From positions 47,795-111,794 of the forward strand of contig CAYSCN010000003.1 of the NCBI GenBank assembly GCA_964429585.1: 64,000 nucleotides of DNA. The letters run 5' to 3'. Positions within the stretch are counted from its first letter, which is position 1; each line of letters begins with the position of its first letter. Origin of the DNA: an uncultured bacterium. GTDB taxonomy: Bacteria; Desulfobacterota; Deferrimicrobia; J040. Position numbers and translations under genes: made by a program. This document shows positions 52,825-63,045 of the stretch, piece after piece. Below the pieces are notes generated by a model. It saw nothing but the letters and a program-made list of their open reading frames with translations, was not told the origin of the DNA and did not search any database.

Positions 52825-54087
52825 GTGATGAGAAAAAGCCACGTGAAGAATGTCAGACTCGCTGATGCGGGCGAGAAGCGGATAGAGTGGGCTGCTATGG
52901 AAATGCCCGTTTTGAAGAAGATAGCGGATGAATTCGAGAAAAAGAAGCCGCTGGGTGGGGTCAGGATAGCCGCCTGTCTCCACGTCACGACAGAAACCGC
53001 CAACCTGATGATAGCATTGAAGAAGGGAGGGGCCTCGGTATCCCTGTGCGCTTCGAACCCGCTGAGCACTCAGGACGATGTGGCGGCTGCGCTTGCGAAG
53101 AATTACGGAATACACGTTTACGCGATAAAGGGTGAGACGAGGGAAGTTTATTACAGGCACATATTGAGCGCCCTCGAAATCAAACCTCACGTGACGATGG
53201 ATGACGGGGCGGATCTCGTGTCTACAATTCACCTCGAAAAGAGAGAGTATCTCTCGGGAATCGTTGGGGGAACGGAAGAGACCACCACCGGTGTGATTCG
53301 ATTGAGGAGCATGGCCTCCGAGGGGGCTCTCGAGTATCCGATAATAGCGGTCAACGAAGCTTTGACCAAACACCTGTTCGACAACCGTTATGGGACGGGG
53401 CAGAGCACCATAGACGGCATCATGCGCGCTACCAACAGGCTGATAGCGGGTTCTACTTTCGTGATTTCAGGTTACGGGTGGTGCGGCAAGGGGCTGGCGA
53501 TGAGAGCCCGGGGCATGGGGGCGAAGGTGGTTGTGACCGAAGTGGATCCGGTCAAGGCTCTTGAGGCAGCGATGGATGGATTCGAAGTAATGCCCATGAG
53601 AAAGGCGGCGAAAATCGGCGATTTCTTTTGCACGGTCACCGGGGATATAAACGTGATCGACGAGCAGCATTTCACCCTCATGAAGGATGGAGCGATAATC
53701 GCGAACTCGGGGCACTTCAATGTGGAGATAAACACGGAAGCTCTCGAGAAGCTCGCCAGGGGAAAGAGGCAGATGAGAGATTACGTGACGGAGTATACGC
53801 TGGATGGCGGCAAGAGGATCTACCTTCTCGGTGAGGGGAGGTTGATAAACCTCGCTGCGGCGGAGGGGCATCCCGCGAGCGTCATGGATATGTCGTTCGC
53901 CAATCAGGCTCTTTCCGTTCTGTACCTGATCGAGCGGGGAAATCGTCTGGAAAATAGGGTTTACAGCGTTCCAAAAGAAATAGACGAGAGAATAGCGTCG
54001 ATGAAGCTCGCCTCGATGGGTATTCGGATCGATCGCCTGACGAAGAGGCAGAAGGAATACCTGTCTTCCTGGACCGAAGGTACCTGA
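52825..54087 (+). CDS. ahcY: Adenosylhomocysteinase
   Basis: …EMPVL… N-terminal region and NAD-binding [13 protein letters not shown]. ~420 aa. Confidence 0.95.
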   Translation: MMRKSHVKNVRLADAGEKRIEWAAMEMPVLKKIADEFEKKKPLGGVRIAACLHVTTETANLMIALKKGGASVSLCASNPLSTQDDVAAALAKNYGIHVYAIKGETREVYYRHILSALEIKPHVTMDDGADLVSTIHLEKREYLSGIVGGTEETTTGVIRLRSMASEGALEYPIIAVNEALTKHLFDNRYGTGQSTIDGIMRATNRLIAGSTFVISGYGWCGKGLAMRARGMGAKVVVTEVDPVKALEAAMDGFEVMPMRKAAKIGDFFCTVTGDINVIDEQHFTLMKDGAIIANSGHFNVEINTEALEKLARGKRQMRDYVTEYTLDGGKRIYLLGEGRLINLAAAEGHPASVMDMSFANQALSVLYLIERGNRLENRVYSVPKEIDERIASMKLASMGIRIDRLTKRQKEYLSSWTEGT

Positions 54088-54091
54088 CCGG

Positions 54092-55165
54092 TTAAACTCG
54101 CATTCTCCGGTAAAAGAAAGTCGCCGCTACAGTGATGAGGAAGATCGGCAGCCAGGCGGAGAGGGCAGCGGGGATTACGCCTTTCCTGCCGAGCGCCGTG
54201 GAAATTGAAAAGAGTCCCCAGCAGGCGAAACCGACGAATATGGCTATTCCCACGCTCGCGACGAGAACCCCCTTTCTGGCTGGGGTCAGCGAGAAAGGCG
54301 CCGCGAGCAGCACTATCACCACCGAAAGGAATGCGTAGGCTATTCTGCTGTGAAAATCAACGAGATACTGCTGAACGGCGTATCCTTTCCTTTTTATTTC
54401 CTTGATGTACCGGCGGAGTTCTCCAAGGCTCATGTCGGATGTGTGTTTTTGCGCGCTGAAGAACGAATCGAAGGTGGCGGGAAGGGTTAAGCTCATGCTT
54501 TTTGATCGAGCGAGCTTGTTTTTCGGGCCTAGGGTGAGGATTTCCACGTCCTGTAGATACCACTTCCCGTCGTAGGTTCCGCTTTCGGCGTCGATACGTT
54601 TGGTGAGATTCCCTTCGCCGTCCAGGTATAGGATGGTTATACCGTATAGAGTGGATTTTTCCCTGTCCAGCACCTGAGCCGTTATAACCGCATCTTCGAC
54701 TTTGAGCCAGTATCGGTTCTGGAAGAACCTGGCAGCCCTCTCGCTCGTTTTTATGTATTGGGCCCTGAGCTCTCTCGCTTTCAGTGATGTCACAGGCACA
54801 ACCTTTTCGCTGACAAGGAGCGAGGTCGCCGAGGCGACAATGGAAATCAGGATTATGGGACTCAGCAATGACCAGAGACTCACGCCGGATGCGAACGCGG
54901 CTATCGTCTCGTTGAAACGTGACCTGATCACCAGCGTGACCGTCGCGGCAATGAGCAGAGAATACGGAAGAAAGAGGGTGAAATACTGTGGCGTCAGGTA
55001 CAGGTAATAGAGGACCACGTCTTTCATTCCCGCGCCCTTGTGGAGGAAGTTGTCTGCGTGTTCGATCAGGTCTATCAGGTGGAACAGGAGGATCAGCGCC
55101 ACGATGGTCGCTATGAGCGCCTTGAGAAACTCGATGCCCATGTATCTTTTGAGGACCGGAATCAT
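54092..55165 (-). CDS. lptG: LPS export ABC permease LptG (YjgP/YjgQ family)
   Basis: 6-TM YjgP/YjgQ permease with a periplasmic beta-jellyroll insert. Second of a tandem pair. Confidence 0.8.
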   Translation of the reverse strand: MIPVLKRYMGIEFLKALIATIVALILLFHLIDLIEHADNFLHKGAGMKDVVLYYLYLTPQYFTLFLPYSLLIAATVTLVIRSRFNETIAAFASGVSLWSLLSPIILISIVASATSLLVSEKVVPVTSLKARELRAQYIKTSERAARFFQNRYWLKVEDAVITAQVLDREKSTLYGITILYLDGEGNLTKRIDAESGTYDGKWYLQDVEILTLGPKNKLARSKSMSLTLPATFDSFFSAQKHTSDMSLGELRRYIKEIKRKGYAVQQYLVDFHSRIAYAFLSVVIVLLAAPFSLTPARKGVLVASVGIAIFVGFACWGLFSISTALGRKGVIPAALSAWLPIFLITVAATFFYRRMRV

Positions 55166-56319
55166 CTGGATCTCCTGAAGATGCGGGACAGTTTTTCCTG
55201 GAATGACGGGTCTTCATCAATCTTTCTGATGAATATCACCGTAACTATCCCGAAAAGGATGTTCGGAAGCCATATCATTCCCAGAGCTAGTGGGAGCGAG
55301 ATTCCCTTGAGGCTTTGGGCTATGCCGATGAACAGGTAATATACCAGGACGACCACGCCGGTTACTATGAACGAGGCCGATTTTCCCCTGCTTCTTTGTG
55401 CCATTCCCAGAGGAACCGCGAAGAACGAGAAGATTATGGAGGCAAACGGCAGTGATAGTCGCTTGTGCAGGGAGAAGAGGTAGGAAGGGATGTTGCCCCT
55501 TGGGATCTTCTTCGTCTTCAGGAGGGAAATGATGCTGGGGAGGGACATTTCTTTGGGCTTTCTCGCTATTCCCCGCGGGGTTTTCTTCGATCCATTGAGT
55601 TTGAAAGTCAGCCTGTCGAAAACCAGGATACGCTGGCTTCCATCGGGGAGTTTCTGGTTCATCACGCCTTTTCTCAGGACCAGACTTCCCCCTTCCCCGC
55701 CGCTGGAATAAAATTTTTCGCCTTCCTTGGCGGTTATTATTATCGGTTCGTCCGTTCCACGTTTTTCGGAGATGAGAACACCCCAGAGCCTTTTGCCGTC
55801 CGGGGAGATGTGTTCGGTGTAGATCAGGGTTGACTCTCCGAGTTTCGAAAAAACCCCTTCCTTTATCACTTCCCTCGACCCGTAAATTGAGATTTTTCTC
55901 AGGGTGTTGTAAAAGTTTCGATACCCGTATGCAGAGCCGTAGAGCGTCAGCGCCGAGACTGCTGCAAATCCCAAAAATGCTATGATTGCCACGCCGGGAA
56001 GTATCCTTCCGAGCCCTACGCCGGATGCTCTCATGGCGATCATTTCGCTGTCGATGGAGAGACGTGAGAACGCAATCGTTATGCCCAATATGAGGGAGAT
56101 GGGGATGCTGATCTCGAGAAACGCTGGCAAAGAGTATATGATCAGTTTCCCCATCTCGCGGACGGGGACGCCGCCGGTGATCAAGTAATCGGATATCTTG
56201 ACGAGTTGCTGCCCGATCACTATGAGGGTCAGTACAAATATGCCGAGGATTGTGGGAGGAATGGTTTCTCCGAGTATGTACCGGGTTATGGTCTTCATAA
56301 GAGGGAATGCGATTTCCAA
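55162..56319 (-). CDS. lptF: LPS export ABC permease LptF (YjgP/YjgQ family)
   Basis: A YjgP/YjgQ-family paralog immediately upstream of lptG, overlapping it by 4 nt. Confidence 0.8.
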   Translation of the reverse strand: MEIAFPLMKTITRYILGETIPPTILGIFVLTLIVIGQQLVKISDYLITGGVPVREMGKLIIYSLPAFLEISIPISLILGITIAFSRLSIDSEMIAMRASGVGLGRILPGVAIIAFLGFAAVSALTLYGSAYGYRNFYNTLRKISIYGSREVIKEGVFSKLGESTLIYTEHISPDGKRLWGVLISEKRGTDEPIIITAKEGEKFYSSGGEGGSLVLRKGVMNQKLPDGSQRILVFDRLTFKLNGSKKTPRGIARKPKEMSLPSIISLLKTKKIPRGNIPSYLFSLHKRLSLPFASIIFSFFAVPLGMAQRSRGKSASFIVTGVVVLVYYLFIGIAQSLKGISLPLALGMIWLPNILFGIVTVIFIRKIDEDPSFQEKLSRIFRRSR

Positions 56320-56377
56320 ACCTGTAATTCATAATGTTAATATATGGGTCTCATATTCACAAGGAAGGGGTTGAAGA

Positions 56378-57535
56378 TTGAGGGTGATTCTACTCGTGCT
56401 CGATGGAGTGGGGATAGGCGGAGCGCCCGATGCGGCCGAGTACGGTGACTCGGGTGCCAACACCCTGAAGGGTGTCGCATCGAAGTGTGCCCTCTCTTTG
56501 CCCAACCTCGAGAGATTGGGGCTCGGGCTTACAGGAACTTTCGAAGGCATCAAGCCGGTTTCTGCCCCCGCTGGCGCGGTTGGAGTGATGATCGAGAAAT
56601 CCAAAGGGAAAGATACCGTTACGGGGCACTGGGAGATGATGGGGCTTTTGGTGGAGGAGCCTTTCCCCGTTTTTCCGGAGGGATTTCCCGACGAGGTGAT
56701 GGAGGAATTCGTTTCAAGGACGGGGTATGGATACCTCTGGAACAGGCCTGCATCGGGAACGGAGATAATAGCGCGCCTGGGTGAGGAACATCTCAGGACG
56801 GGCAAGCCGATAATATATACCTCGGCGGACAGCGTTTTCCAGGTAGCGGCGCACGTCGAAGTCATTCCGCTGGAGGAATTGTATAGAATCTGCCGGGTTG
56901 CAAGAGAGGTAGTCGACCCGTTGAGAGTTCTGAGGGTCATAGCCAGGCCGTTTGCCGGAAACCCCGGGAATTTTTACAGGACGGCAGACAGGAAAGACTT
57001 TCCGTTTCCCCCTCCATGTGAGACGGCACTAGATCTGCTAGCTGACGCCGGCGTGGAGGTTGTCTCCGTGGGAAAGGTCTCCGAGATGTTCGGGGGGCGA
57101 GGATTTTCGAGGACGGTCAAAACGGGAAACAACATGGAAACCGTTGGCGCCGTGCTTGAGGAAATGAGGGAAGAAGGAAGGAAGTTCGTCTTCGCGAATC
57201 TCAATGACTTCGACACTCTGTTCGGTCACAGGAACGACGTGGTGGGATTCGCCCGGGCTCTCGAAGAATTTGACGACTTTGTCCCTTCGATCATCGACGA
57301 GATGGATCAAGAGGATCTACTGATTATCACTGCCGACCACGGCAATGACCCCACGTATCCCGGGACCGACCACACCAGGGAGAAGGTTCCCTTGATAGTA
57401 TACGGGAAGGGGGTTAGGGGTGGTTGTTTCGGTGAAGTGGAAGGTTTTTCTGTAGTTGGAAGGCTGGTGCTCGAACGCTTCGGGGTTGATGTCCCGTTCG
57501 ATGCTGCTGATTTCCCGCTGGAGGTGGCAGGATGA
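56378..57535 (+). CDS. deoB: Phosphopentomutase
   Basis: VILLVLDGVGIG N-terminus and alkaline-phosphatase-superfamily metal-site motifs (DHGND). Confidence 0.88.
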   Translation: MRVILLVLDGVGIGGAPDAAEYGDSGANTLKGVASKCALSLPNLERLGLGLTGTFEGIKPVSAPAGAVGVMIEKSKGKDTVTGHWEMMGLLVEEPFPVFPEGFPDEVMEEFVSRTGYGYLWNRPASGTEIIARLGEEHLRTGKPIIYTSADSVFQVAAHVEVIPLEELYRICRVAREVVDPLRVLRVIARPFAGNPGNFYRTADRKDFPFPPPCETALDLLADAGVEVVSVGKVSEMFGGRGFSRTVKTGNNMETVGAVLEEMREEGRKFVFANLNDFDTLFGHRNDVVGFARALEEFDDFVPSIIDEMDQEDLLIITADHGNDPTYPGTDHTREKVPLIVYGKGVRGGCFGEVEGFSVVGRLVLERFGVDVPFDAADFPLEVAG

Positions 57536-58455
57536 AGATTGTGAGGGGACTGAAGTCCATGCCTGTTCTGGATGGCGATACTTACGTGACCATCGGAATG
57601 TTCGACGGCGTTCACCTGGGGCACCAGAAGATACTCAGGGAGCTCAAGAAAATGGCGGGAGGAAAAGGGAGGACCGTACTTTTCACCTTTTCCCCTCATC
57701 CCGTCAAGTATCTTAACCCCAAAGGAAAATTTTACGAGATCACCACCATGAAAACCAGGATAGCCCTCGTGGGGGAGTTTGGCCTGGACTACTTCGTCAT
57801 AGAGAAGTTCGGAGGGGAAATATCGCAGCTGCCTCCGGAGAGATTCATCGATGAGGTTTTGCTCGGGAAACTGCGCGCGAAAGGCGTCGTCGTCGGCTAC
57901 GATTTCCTCTTTGGGAAGGACAGGAAGGGCAGCACGGAACTCCTGAAGGAGCTTGGAGAGAAAAAGGGGTTTCAAGTAAGAGTCGTCGAACCGGTCACTT
58001 TCACTGGGACCATAGTGTCTTCCACGAGAATAAGGGAACTCGTGCTGTCCGGTAGGGTCAGGGAGGCGGCGTTTCTCCTGGGGAGGGAGTTTTTTTTGAC
58101 CGGGAAGGTCATCGCCGGAGCTGGCAGAGGCAGGGAGCTCGGATTTCCCACGGCGAACATCGACGTCAACGAAGAGCTTTTGCCCCTCCCGGGCGTTTAC
58201 GCCGTGAAAGCCAGGGTGAGGGGAAATTTGGAGAAGGGCGTGGCGAACGTAGGCTTCAATCCGACTTTCGGGGAAAAGACCCTGAGAGTGGAAATTCACC
58301 TGTTCGATTTCCGTGAAAATATATACGGTGAAGAGATAAGCGTATATTTTATTGATAGAATAAGAGATGAGCGAAAGTTCAGTGGCGCTGATGCACTGGT
58401 CTCGCAGGTCATGAGTGATATCGTCGTAGCCAAGAAAATTCTGGAGTCGAAATGA
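57532..58455 (+). CDS. ribF: Bifunctional riboflavin kinase / FMN adenylyltransferase
   Basis: GMFDGVHLGHQ (FAD synthetase) and C-terminal riboflavin kinase domain (…GFPTANI…). Confidence 0.92.
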   Translation: MKIVRGLKSMPVLDGDTYVTIGMFDGVHLGHQKILRELKKMAGGKGRTVLFTFSPHPVKYLNPKGKFYEITTMKTRIALVGEFGLDYFVIEKFGGEISQLPPERFIDEVLLGKLRAKGVVVGYDFLFGKDRKGSTELLKELGEKKGFQVRVVEPVTFTGTIVSSTRIRELVLSGRVREAAFLLGREFFLTGKVIAGAGRGRELGFPTANIDVNEELLPLPGVYAVKARVRGNLEKGVANVGFNPTFGEKTLRVEIHLFDFRENIYGEEISVYFIDRIRDERKFSGADALVSQVMSDIVVAKKILESK

Positions 58456-59903
58456 TGATGAGAAAAGTCGAGAGAGCTTTTCTGGCCCTCCTGCTCGTTA
58501 TTGTGGCGGTTGCACTGTTTGCTGGTTGTGAAAGGGTGCAGGAAGTTGGGAAGGCGCCAAAGAAGAAAACCGCGGAAGTGAAGCAGAAAGCCGTCCAGGC
58601 TGCACCCTCGGATCTCGTTAGAGCCCTGGAGGATGCCTTCGTGTCAGCATCTTCTAGAGTCATTCCTTCGGTGGTCAACATAAGCACGGCTCCCAAGGTC
58701 AAAAAGAGAAAAAGCGGCAAAAAACCCGGGTTCCACGACTTCTTCGACGAGCTCTTTCCCCCGGCTCCTTTCGGACCCGATACGAGTCTCGGGTCGGGTG
58801 TGATAATTTCGGACCAGGGTTACATCGTAACCAACGAGCACGTAATAAGAGACGCCGGCGAGATAACGGTTAGGCTTTACGACAAGACGGAATACAAAGC
58901 GAAGGTAGTGGGGGCCGACCCCAAAACTGACATAGCGGTTCTCAAGATAGCGGCGAGAGAAAAGTTGACTCCTGCAAAACTCGGAGATTCCTCGAAACTC
59001 CGCGTTGGGCAATGGGCGATCGCCGTCGGCAATCCATTCGGTCTGAACTCGACAGTGACGGTGGGTGTGATAAGTGCCATAGGCAGATCCGATATAGGTG
59101 TGGAAGCCTACGAGGATTTCATCCAGACCGACGCTTCCATCAATCCCGGAAACAGCGGCGGCCCTCTATTGAACCTCGAGGGCGAGGTGATAGGTATAAA
59201 CACGGCGATAATAAGTGCCGGTCAGGGGATCGGGTTCGCCATCCCGATCAATCTCGTCAGGAACATAGTCGAGCAGCTGATAACCACGGGTTCCGTCAAG
59301 AGAGGCTGGCTTGGCATAGGGATACAGGACCTGACTCCCGAGCTGGCGAAGTCGTTCGGCATACCCGACGTGAGGGGTGTTCTGATAAACAACGTTTTCG
59401 AGGGCTCTCCCGCGGAGAAGGCGGGGTTTTTGAGGGGTGACGTGGTGATCTCTTTCAACGGGGAAAAGGTGGAGACGGTCAGGAAATTGCAAAGGCTGGT
59501 CGCTACCTACGAGGTGGGTAAAAAGGCCGAGGTTGAAGTTCTCCGTGAGGGGAAGAAGGTCACCCTCAATCCGGTGATAGGAGAAATGCCCAAAGAGGAG
59601 AGCCTGTTTGCGTTCAGGGAGCCCGAGCCAGACCCGCTTGGACTGGTCGTCGGCGACATACCGGAGGTTCTCAGGGAGAGTATGGGGATCGATGGTGGAG
59701 TCAGGGTCGAATCGGTTTCCCCGGACAGTCCGGCCTACGCAGCTGGTTTGAGGAAGGGAGACATAATAGTGGATCTCAACATGCGCTCGATAAAGTCACT
59801 TCAGGACTACGAAAAGGCGATCGAGGGGTTGAAGGAGGGCGACGTGGTCTCCGTCCTGGTCGTTAGGAAAGGAAAGCACGTTTATCTCGCGTTGAAAATG
59901 TAG
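58452..59903 (+). CDS. htrA: Periplasmic serine endoprotease DegP/HtrA (trypsin-like plus 2 PDZ)
   Basis: Signal/anchor sequence. Catalytic triad context TNEHV…DIAVLKI…GNSGGPL. Two PDZ domains. Confidence 0.9.
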   Translation: MMMRKVERAFLALLLVIVAVALFAGCERVQEVGKAPKKKTAEVKQKAVQAAPSDLVRALEDAFVSASSRVIPSVVNISTAPKVKKRKSGKKPGFHDFFDELFPPAPFGPDTSLGSGVIISDQGYIVTNEHVIRDAGEITVRLYDKTEYKAKVVGADPKTDIAVLKIAAREKLTPAKLGDSSKLRVGQWAIAVGNPFGLNSTVTVGVISAIGRSDIGVEAYEDFIQTDASINPGNSGGPLLNLEGEVIGINTAIISAGQGIGFAIPINLVRNIVEQLITTGSVKRGWLGIGIQDLTPELAKSFGIPDVRGVLINNVFEGSPAEKAGFLRGDVVISFNGEKVETVRKLQRLVATYEVGKKAEVEVLREGKKVTLNPVIGEMPKEESLFAFREPEPDPLGLVVGDIPEVLRESMGIDGGVRVESVSPDSPAYAAGLRKGDIIVDLNMRSIKSLQDYEKAIEGLKEGDVVSVLVVRKGKHVYLALKM

Positions 59904-59948
59904 TAAAAATTATATTCAATAAACCGACTCGGAGCGGGGGGTGCGAGG

Positions 59949-60215
59949 TTGGAAAAGGTAAAAGACCCTGAGGTGGCGAGGAGGATCGCCAGGGCGGTTG
60001 TTTCAGATATAGTCATGTACAATCAGCAGAAGCTGGAAGAGGGCATAAAAAACGACAATCTCTTTCAGATCCTCCGTGATGAGATAGAAGAGGGGAGGCT
60101 GTATTACGAGAACAGAGTCGATTCTGAGATTCTGGAGAACTACAACTTCTTTGAGAGAGCTCTGGTGGACATTCTCGTGAAACAGGCGCCCCGGGTTCCT
60201 TCCAAGATATGGTGA
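59949..60215 (+). CDS. Small hypothetical protein (88 aa, charged/helical)
   Basis: TTG start. It fills the gap between htrA and rluD exactly and has coding-like codon usage. No family was recognised. Confidence 0.35.
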   Translation: MEKVKDPEVARRIARAVVSDIVMYNQQKLEEGIKNDNLFQILRDEIEEGRLYYENRVDSEILENYNFFERALVDILVKQAPRVPSKIW

Positions 60216-60216
60216 G

Positions 60217-61155
60217 ATGAACGAAAGCCACGTCTTACCCGTCACTTCCCAGGACGATGGAAAAAGGCTGGATCTCTTCCTCGCAGAGCGGCTCCCGGAA
60301 CATTCAAGAAGTTTCATCAAAAAAGTGATAGAAAAGGGGCTCGTCCTCGTCGACGGGAAAGTGGTGCAGAAGGCGGGAACCAGGTTGAAGGTCGAGTCCT
60401 TGGTTGCCGTGACCATTCCGGAACCTGAAGCCCCGGATCTCGTTCCGGAAGGAGATATCGACATAACCATACTATACGAGGACGACCACCTGGCGGTGAT
60501 TCAGAAACCCGCTGGGCTCGTTGTGCATCCGGCATGCGGTCACCCGAGAGGGACTCTCGTCAACGCTCTGCTCGCCAGGTTGAGCTCGCTCTCGTCCGGT
60601 GGAGATGTGTTGAGGCCCGGTATAGTTCACAGGCTCGACAAGGAAACATCGGGCGTCATGGTGGTCGCCAAGACGGATGCCGTCCACAGGCGTCTGACCG
60701 AACAGTTTGCGGCTCACTCAATCTCCAGAAAATACAGAGGGATTGTATTCGGGATGATGAAGAAAAAATCGGGGATTGTGGAGACAAGAATCGGCAGACA
60801 CCCGAAGCACAGAAAAAAGATGGCCGTTTTGAAAGATGGCGGAAGGGTAGCCATCACCGAATACAGGGTTCTGGAGGAGAAGGGCGGTTTTTCTCTCGTG
60901 GAATTTACTCTCAGAACCGGCAGGACGCACCAGATCAGGGTCCACGTTTCTCATCTAGGACATCCCATAGTGGGAGACACCCTCTACTCCACCAGAGGGA
61001 GGACGATAAGGCTTGGAAAAAAAGAGATCCAGGTGAATCGGAACATGCTTCACGCTTTCCACATAGGGTTCGTTCATCCCGTTATTGAAGAGTGGATGGA
61101 GTTTACCGTGGAAGATCCTCAGGATTTCCGTGAGTTCTGGGAGTTGATAGGATGA
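60217..61155 (+). CDS. rluD: RluA/RluD-family 23S rRNA pseudouridine synthase (S4 domain plus catalytic domain)
   Basis: N-terminal S4-like domain (RLDLFLAERL…) and catalytic motif HRLDKETSGVMVVAK with the conserved Asp. Confidence 0.88.
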   Translation: MNESHVLPVTSQDDGKRLDLFLAERLPEHSRSFIKKVIEKGLVLVDGKVVQKAGTRLKVESLVAVTIPEPEAPDLVPEGDIDITILYEDDHLAVIQKPAGLVVHPACGHPRGTLVNALLARLSSLSSGGDVLRPGIVHRLDKETSGVMVVAKTDAVHRRLTEQFAAHSISRKYRGIVFGMMKKKSGIVETRIGRHPKHRKKMAVLKDGGRVAITEYRVLEEKGGFSLVEFTLRTGRTHQIRVHVSHLGHPIVGDTLYSTRGRTIRLGKKEIQVNRNMLHAFHIGFVHPVIEEWMEFTVEDPQDFREFWELIG

Positions 61156-61856
61156 GAAGAGTGAGCTGGTGGCAGTCGAGTATCCTCAACGAGCTGGATG
61201 GCGCCTATCACATGTTCGGCGGGATGGGGCTCGACGTGCGGAAGATCGATGAGCTCCCGGCCCTCCTGAATTTGATCGGGCTTCCGTCGAGAATGTACAT
61301 GGTCGAACAGGTCCACTCTTCCCTCGTGAGAGTGGGGTCCAGAGAACTCACTCCGGGCGATCGCTCCGTTGAGGGTGATGGAATAGTTCTTACGAGGAAA
61401 GGAGAAGGGGGATTAATATTCACAGCCGACTGTGTACCAGTTCTGGTTACCTCCACCCGCGGTCCCTGGGGAGTCCTGATCCACGCGGGCTGGAGAGGAG
61501 TGCTGGATGGGGTTGTTGAGCGGGGTGTGAAGCTTCTGCTTTCAGAGACGCCTGCTGAAGCGTATGAGCTCAGGGCGGCTCTGGGACCAGCAATAGGTCC
61601 GTGCTGTTTCGAGGTGGGGGATGATGTGGCGTCGGCGTTCGAAAGTTTCTTTCCGTGGTCAGTCCTGCGGAATCGGGAAGGAAAGGCGCGCGTCGATCTC
61701 AAGTTGGTTGTGCTGAAAATCCTGGCGTCATGCGGAATTCCGGAGGATAATATAGATATGAGCAGGATCTGCACCTGTTGCGACGGGGGTTACAACAGCT
61801 ACAGGAGGGATAGAGAAACGGCAAAGCGGCAGATTTCTGTTCTCTATTACCCGTGA
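61152..61856 (+). CDS. pgeF: Peptidoglycan editing factor PgeF / YfiH (DUF152, laccase-domain protein)
   Basis: TADCVPVLV and HAGWRG motifs plus a C-terminal CxxC. Follows rluD as in E. coli (rluD-yfiH). Confidence 0.85.
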   Translation: MRRVSWWQSSILNELDGAYHMFGGMGLDVRKIDELPALLNLIGLPSRMYMVEQVHSSLVRVGSRELTPGDRSVEGDGIVLTRKGEGGLIFTADCVPVLVTSTRGPWGVLIHAGWRGVLDGVVERGVKLLLSETPAEAYELRAALGPAIGPCCFEVGDDVASAFESFFPWSVLRNREGKARVDLKLVVLKILASCGIPEDNIDMSRICTCCDGGYNSYRRDRETAKRQISVLYYP

Positions 61857-61876
61857 GCGGTTCGTGAGGGGCGCGG

Positions 61877-62851
61877 ATGATCGACAGGACTTATCATCTT
61901 CTTTCCGATCTCTTTCACAGAGGAGAGAAAGGCCAGAACGAAGAGGAGCTGGTCAATTTCCTCGTTTATCAGCTCTACGACCTGTATGGTCTGAAGAGCT
62001 CTGCGGTGCTTTTTTTCATCGAGTCCGGGCAGTTCGAGATATTCGCTCACAGGGGGCTCTCAAGGGGGTTCATCAAACAGCTGTACTCCCTGCCCGAGAA
62101 GAAGATAGTGATGGAAGCGAAAGAGAGGGAAGTTTACGTCGACAGTAACGATCCGCGGTGGAATCTCCCCGATTACTGCTTCGAACACAGGACGCCTTTC
62201 AGGCTCGCGGTTCCTCTTAAATACTGTGGCGAGACGGTGGGGGTCCTTTTCATGGACTGGGAAGAGGGGCATGTATATTCGGAGCAGATGAGAGAGGATG
62301 TGAGGCTCGTAGCCGGGGTTGTGGCTGCTTACCTTAAGGTCAAGAGCCTGAAAAGCCGGATATCCATGGTCCCGGATATAGACCCTTTGACGGGACTTTA
62401 CAGCTTCAAGTACTTTCACGAGGCCCTTTTCAGGGAGATAACCAGGGCGGAAGAGCTCGGGAGGAAGATGTCTCTTTTCTTCGCGGAGATAAGGAACATA
62501 AGAGATATGAACAGGGTCTACGGCCACGTGGCGGGCGACAAGAACATAGTGCTTCTGGGAGAGCGGGTGAAGAAGCATTTCAGGAGGGTGGACGTGGTTT
62601 CGAGGACCGGTGACAATTTCTACGTGGTGATTCCGGAGCTGGGGCACGAGGGTGCGAGGGAAGTGGTCGAGAGTTTGCTCAGGGATCTGGATGAATCTCC
62701 CATCGGCGAGGGAGAGATACACCTTAACCTGGCTTCCGGGCTGGTCACCTATCCTGATCACGGGACGAATGAGAGAGATTTGATCACACTGGTGGAGAGC
62801 CTTGTTCACGAGTCGCGCAGGAAAGGAGGGAACGCTCTGTCGACTCCGTGA
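61877..62851 (+). CDS. GAF-like sensor plus degenerate GGDEF-domain protein (likely non-catalytic)
   Basis: C-terminal domain aligns with diguanylate cyclases (DPLTGLYSFKYF…YGHVAGDKNIV…). The GG(D/E)EF signature position reads RTGDNFY, and the upstream metal-binding DxD is replaced (LFFAEIRNI). An RxxD (RRVD) lies just upstream. The N-terminal ~150 aa look GAF-like. Confidence 0.7.
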   Translation: MIDRTYHLLSDLFHRGEKGQNEEELVNFLVYQLYDLYGLKSSAVLFFIESGQFEIFAHRGLSRGFIKQLYSLPEKKIVMEAKEREVYVDSNDPRWNLPDYCFEHRTPFRLAVPLKYCGETVGVLFMDWEEGHVYSEQMREDVRLVAGVVAAYLKVKSLKSRISMVPDIDPLTGLYSFKYFHEALFREITRAEELGRKMSLFFAEIRNIRDMNRVYGHVAGDKNIVLLGERVKKHFRRVDVVSRTGDNFYVVIPELGHEGAREVVESLLRDLDESPIGEGEIHLNLASGLVTYPDHGTNERDLITLVESLVHESRRKGGNALSTP

Positions 62852-62901
62852 GGGAATGCGATCGGCGTCTGCTGAAATTGCGGCGGGAAGCAACCTTTTC
62901 C

Positions 62902-62930
62902 TTGACTTTCCCCGAATCTGGAATAAAAAT
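62902..62930 (+). promoter_or_regulatory. Candidate promoter (TTGACT-16/17 nt-TAAAAAT) with a ~110-nt leader upstream of rho
   Basis: Pattern seen by eye in the 194-nt intergenic region. Confidence 0.3.
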
Positions 62931-63045
62931 AATTGGTGTATAACGGAGCAACCCACCGCGGTTTATCAAATCTTTCATTCGCTGGGATAGAGGTCTCTTA
63001 AAAAGGATTCATCAGCAATAAATCACTGCAATCGAGGGGATATCT

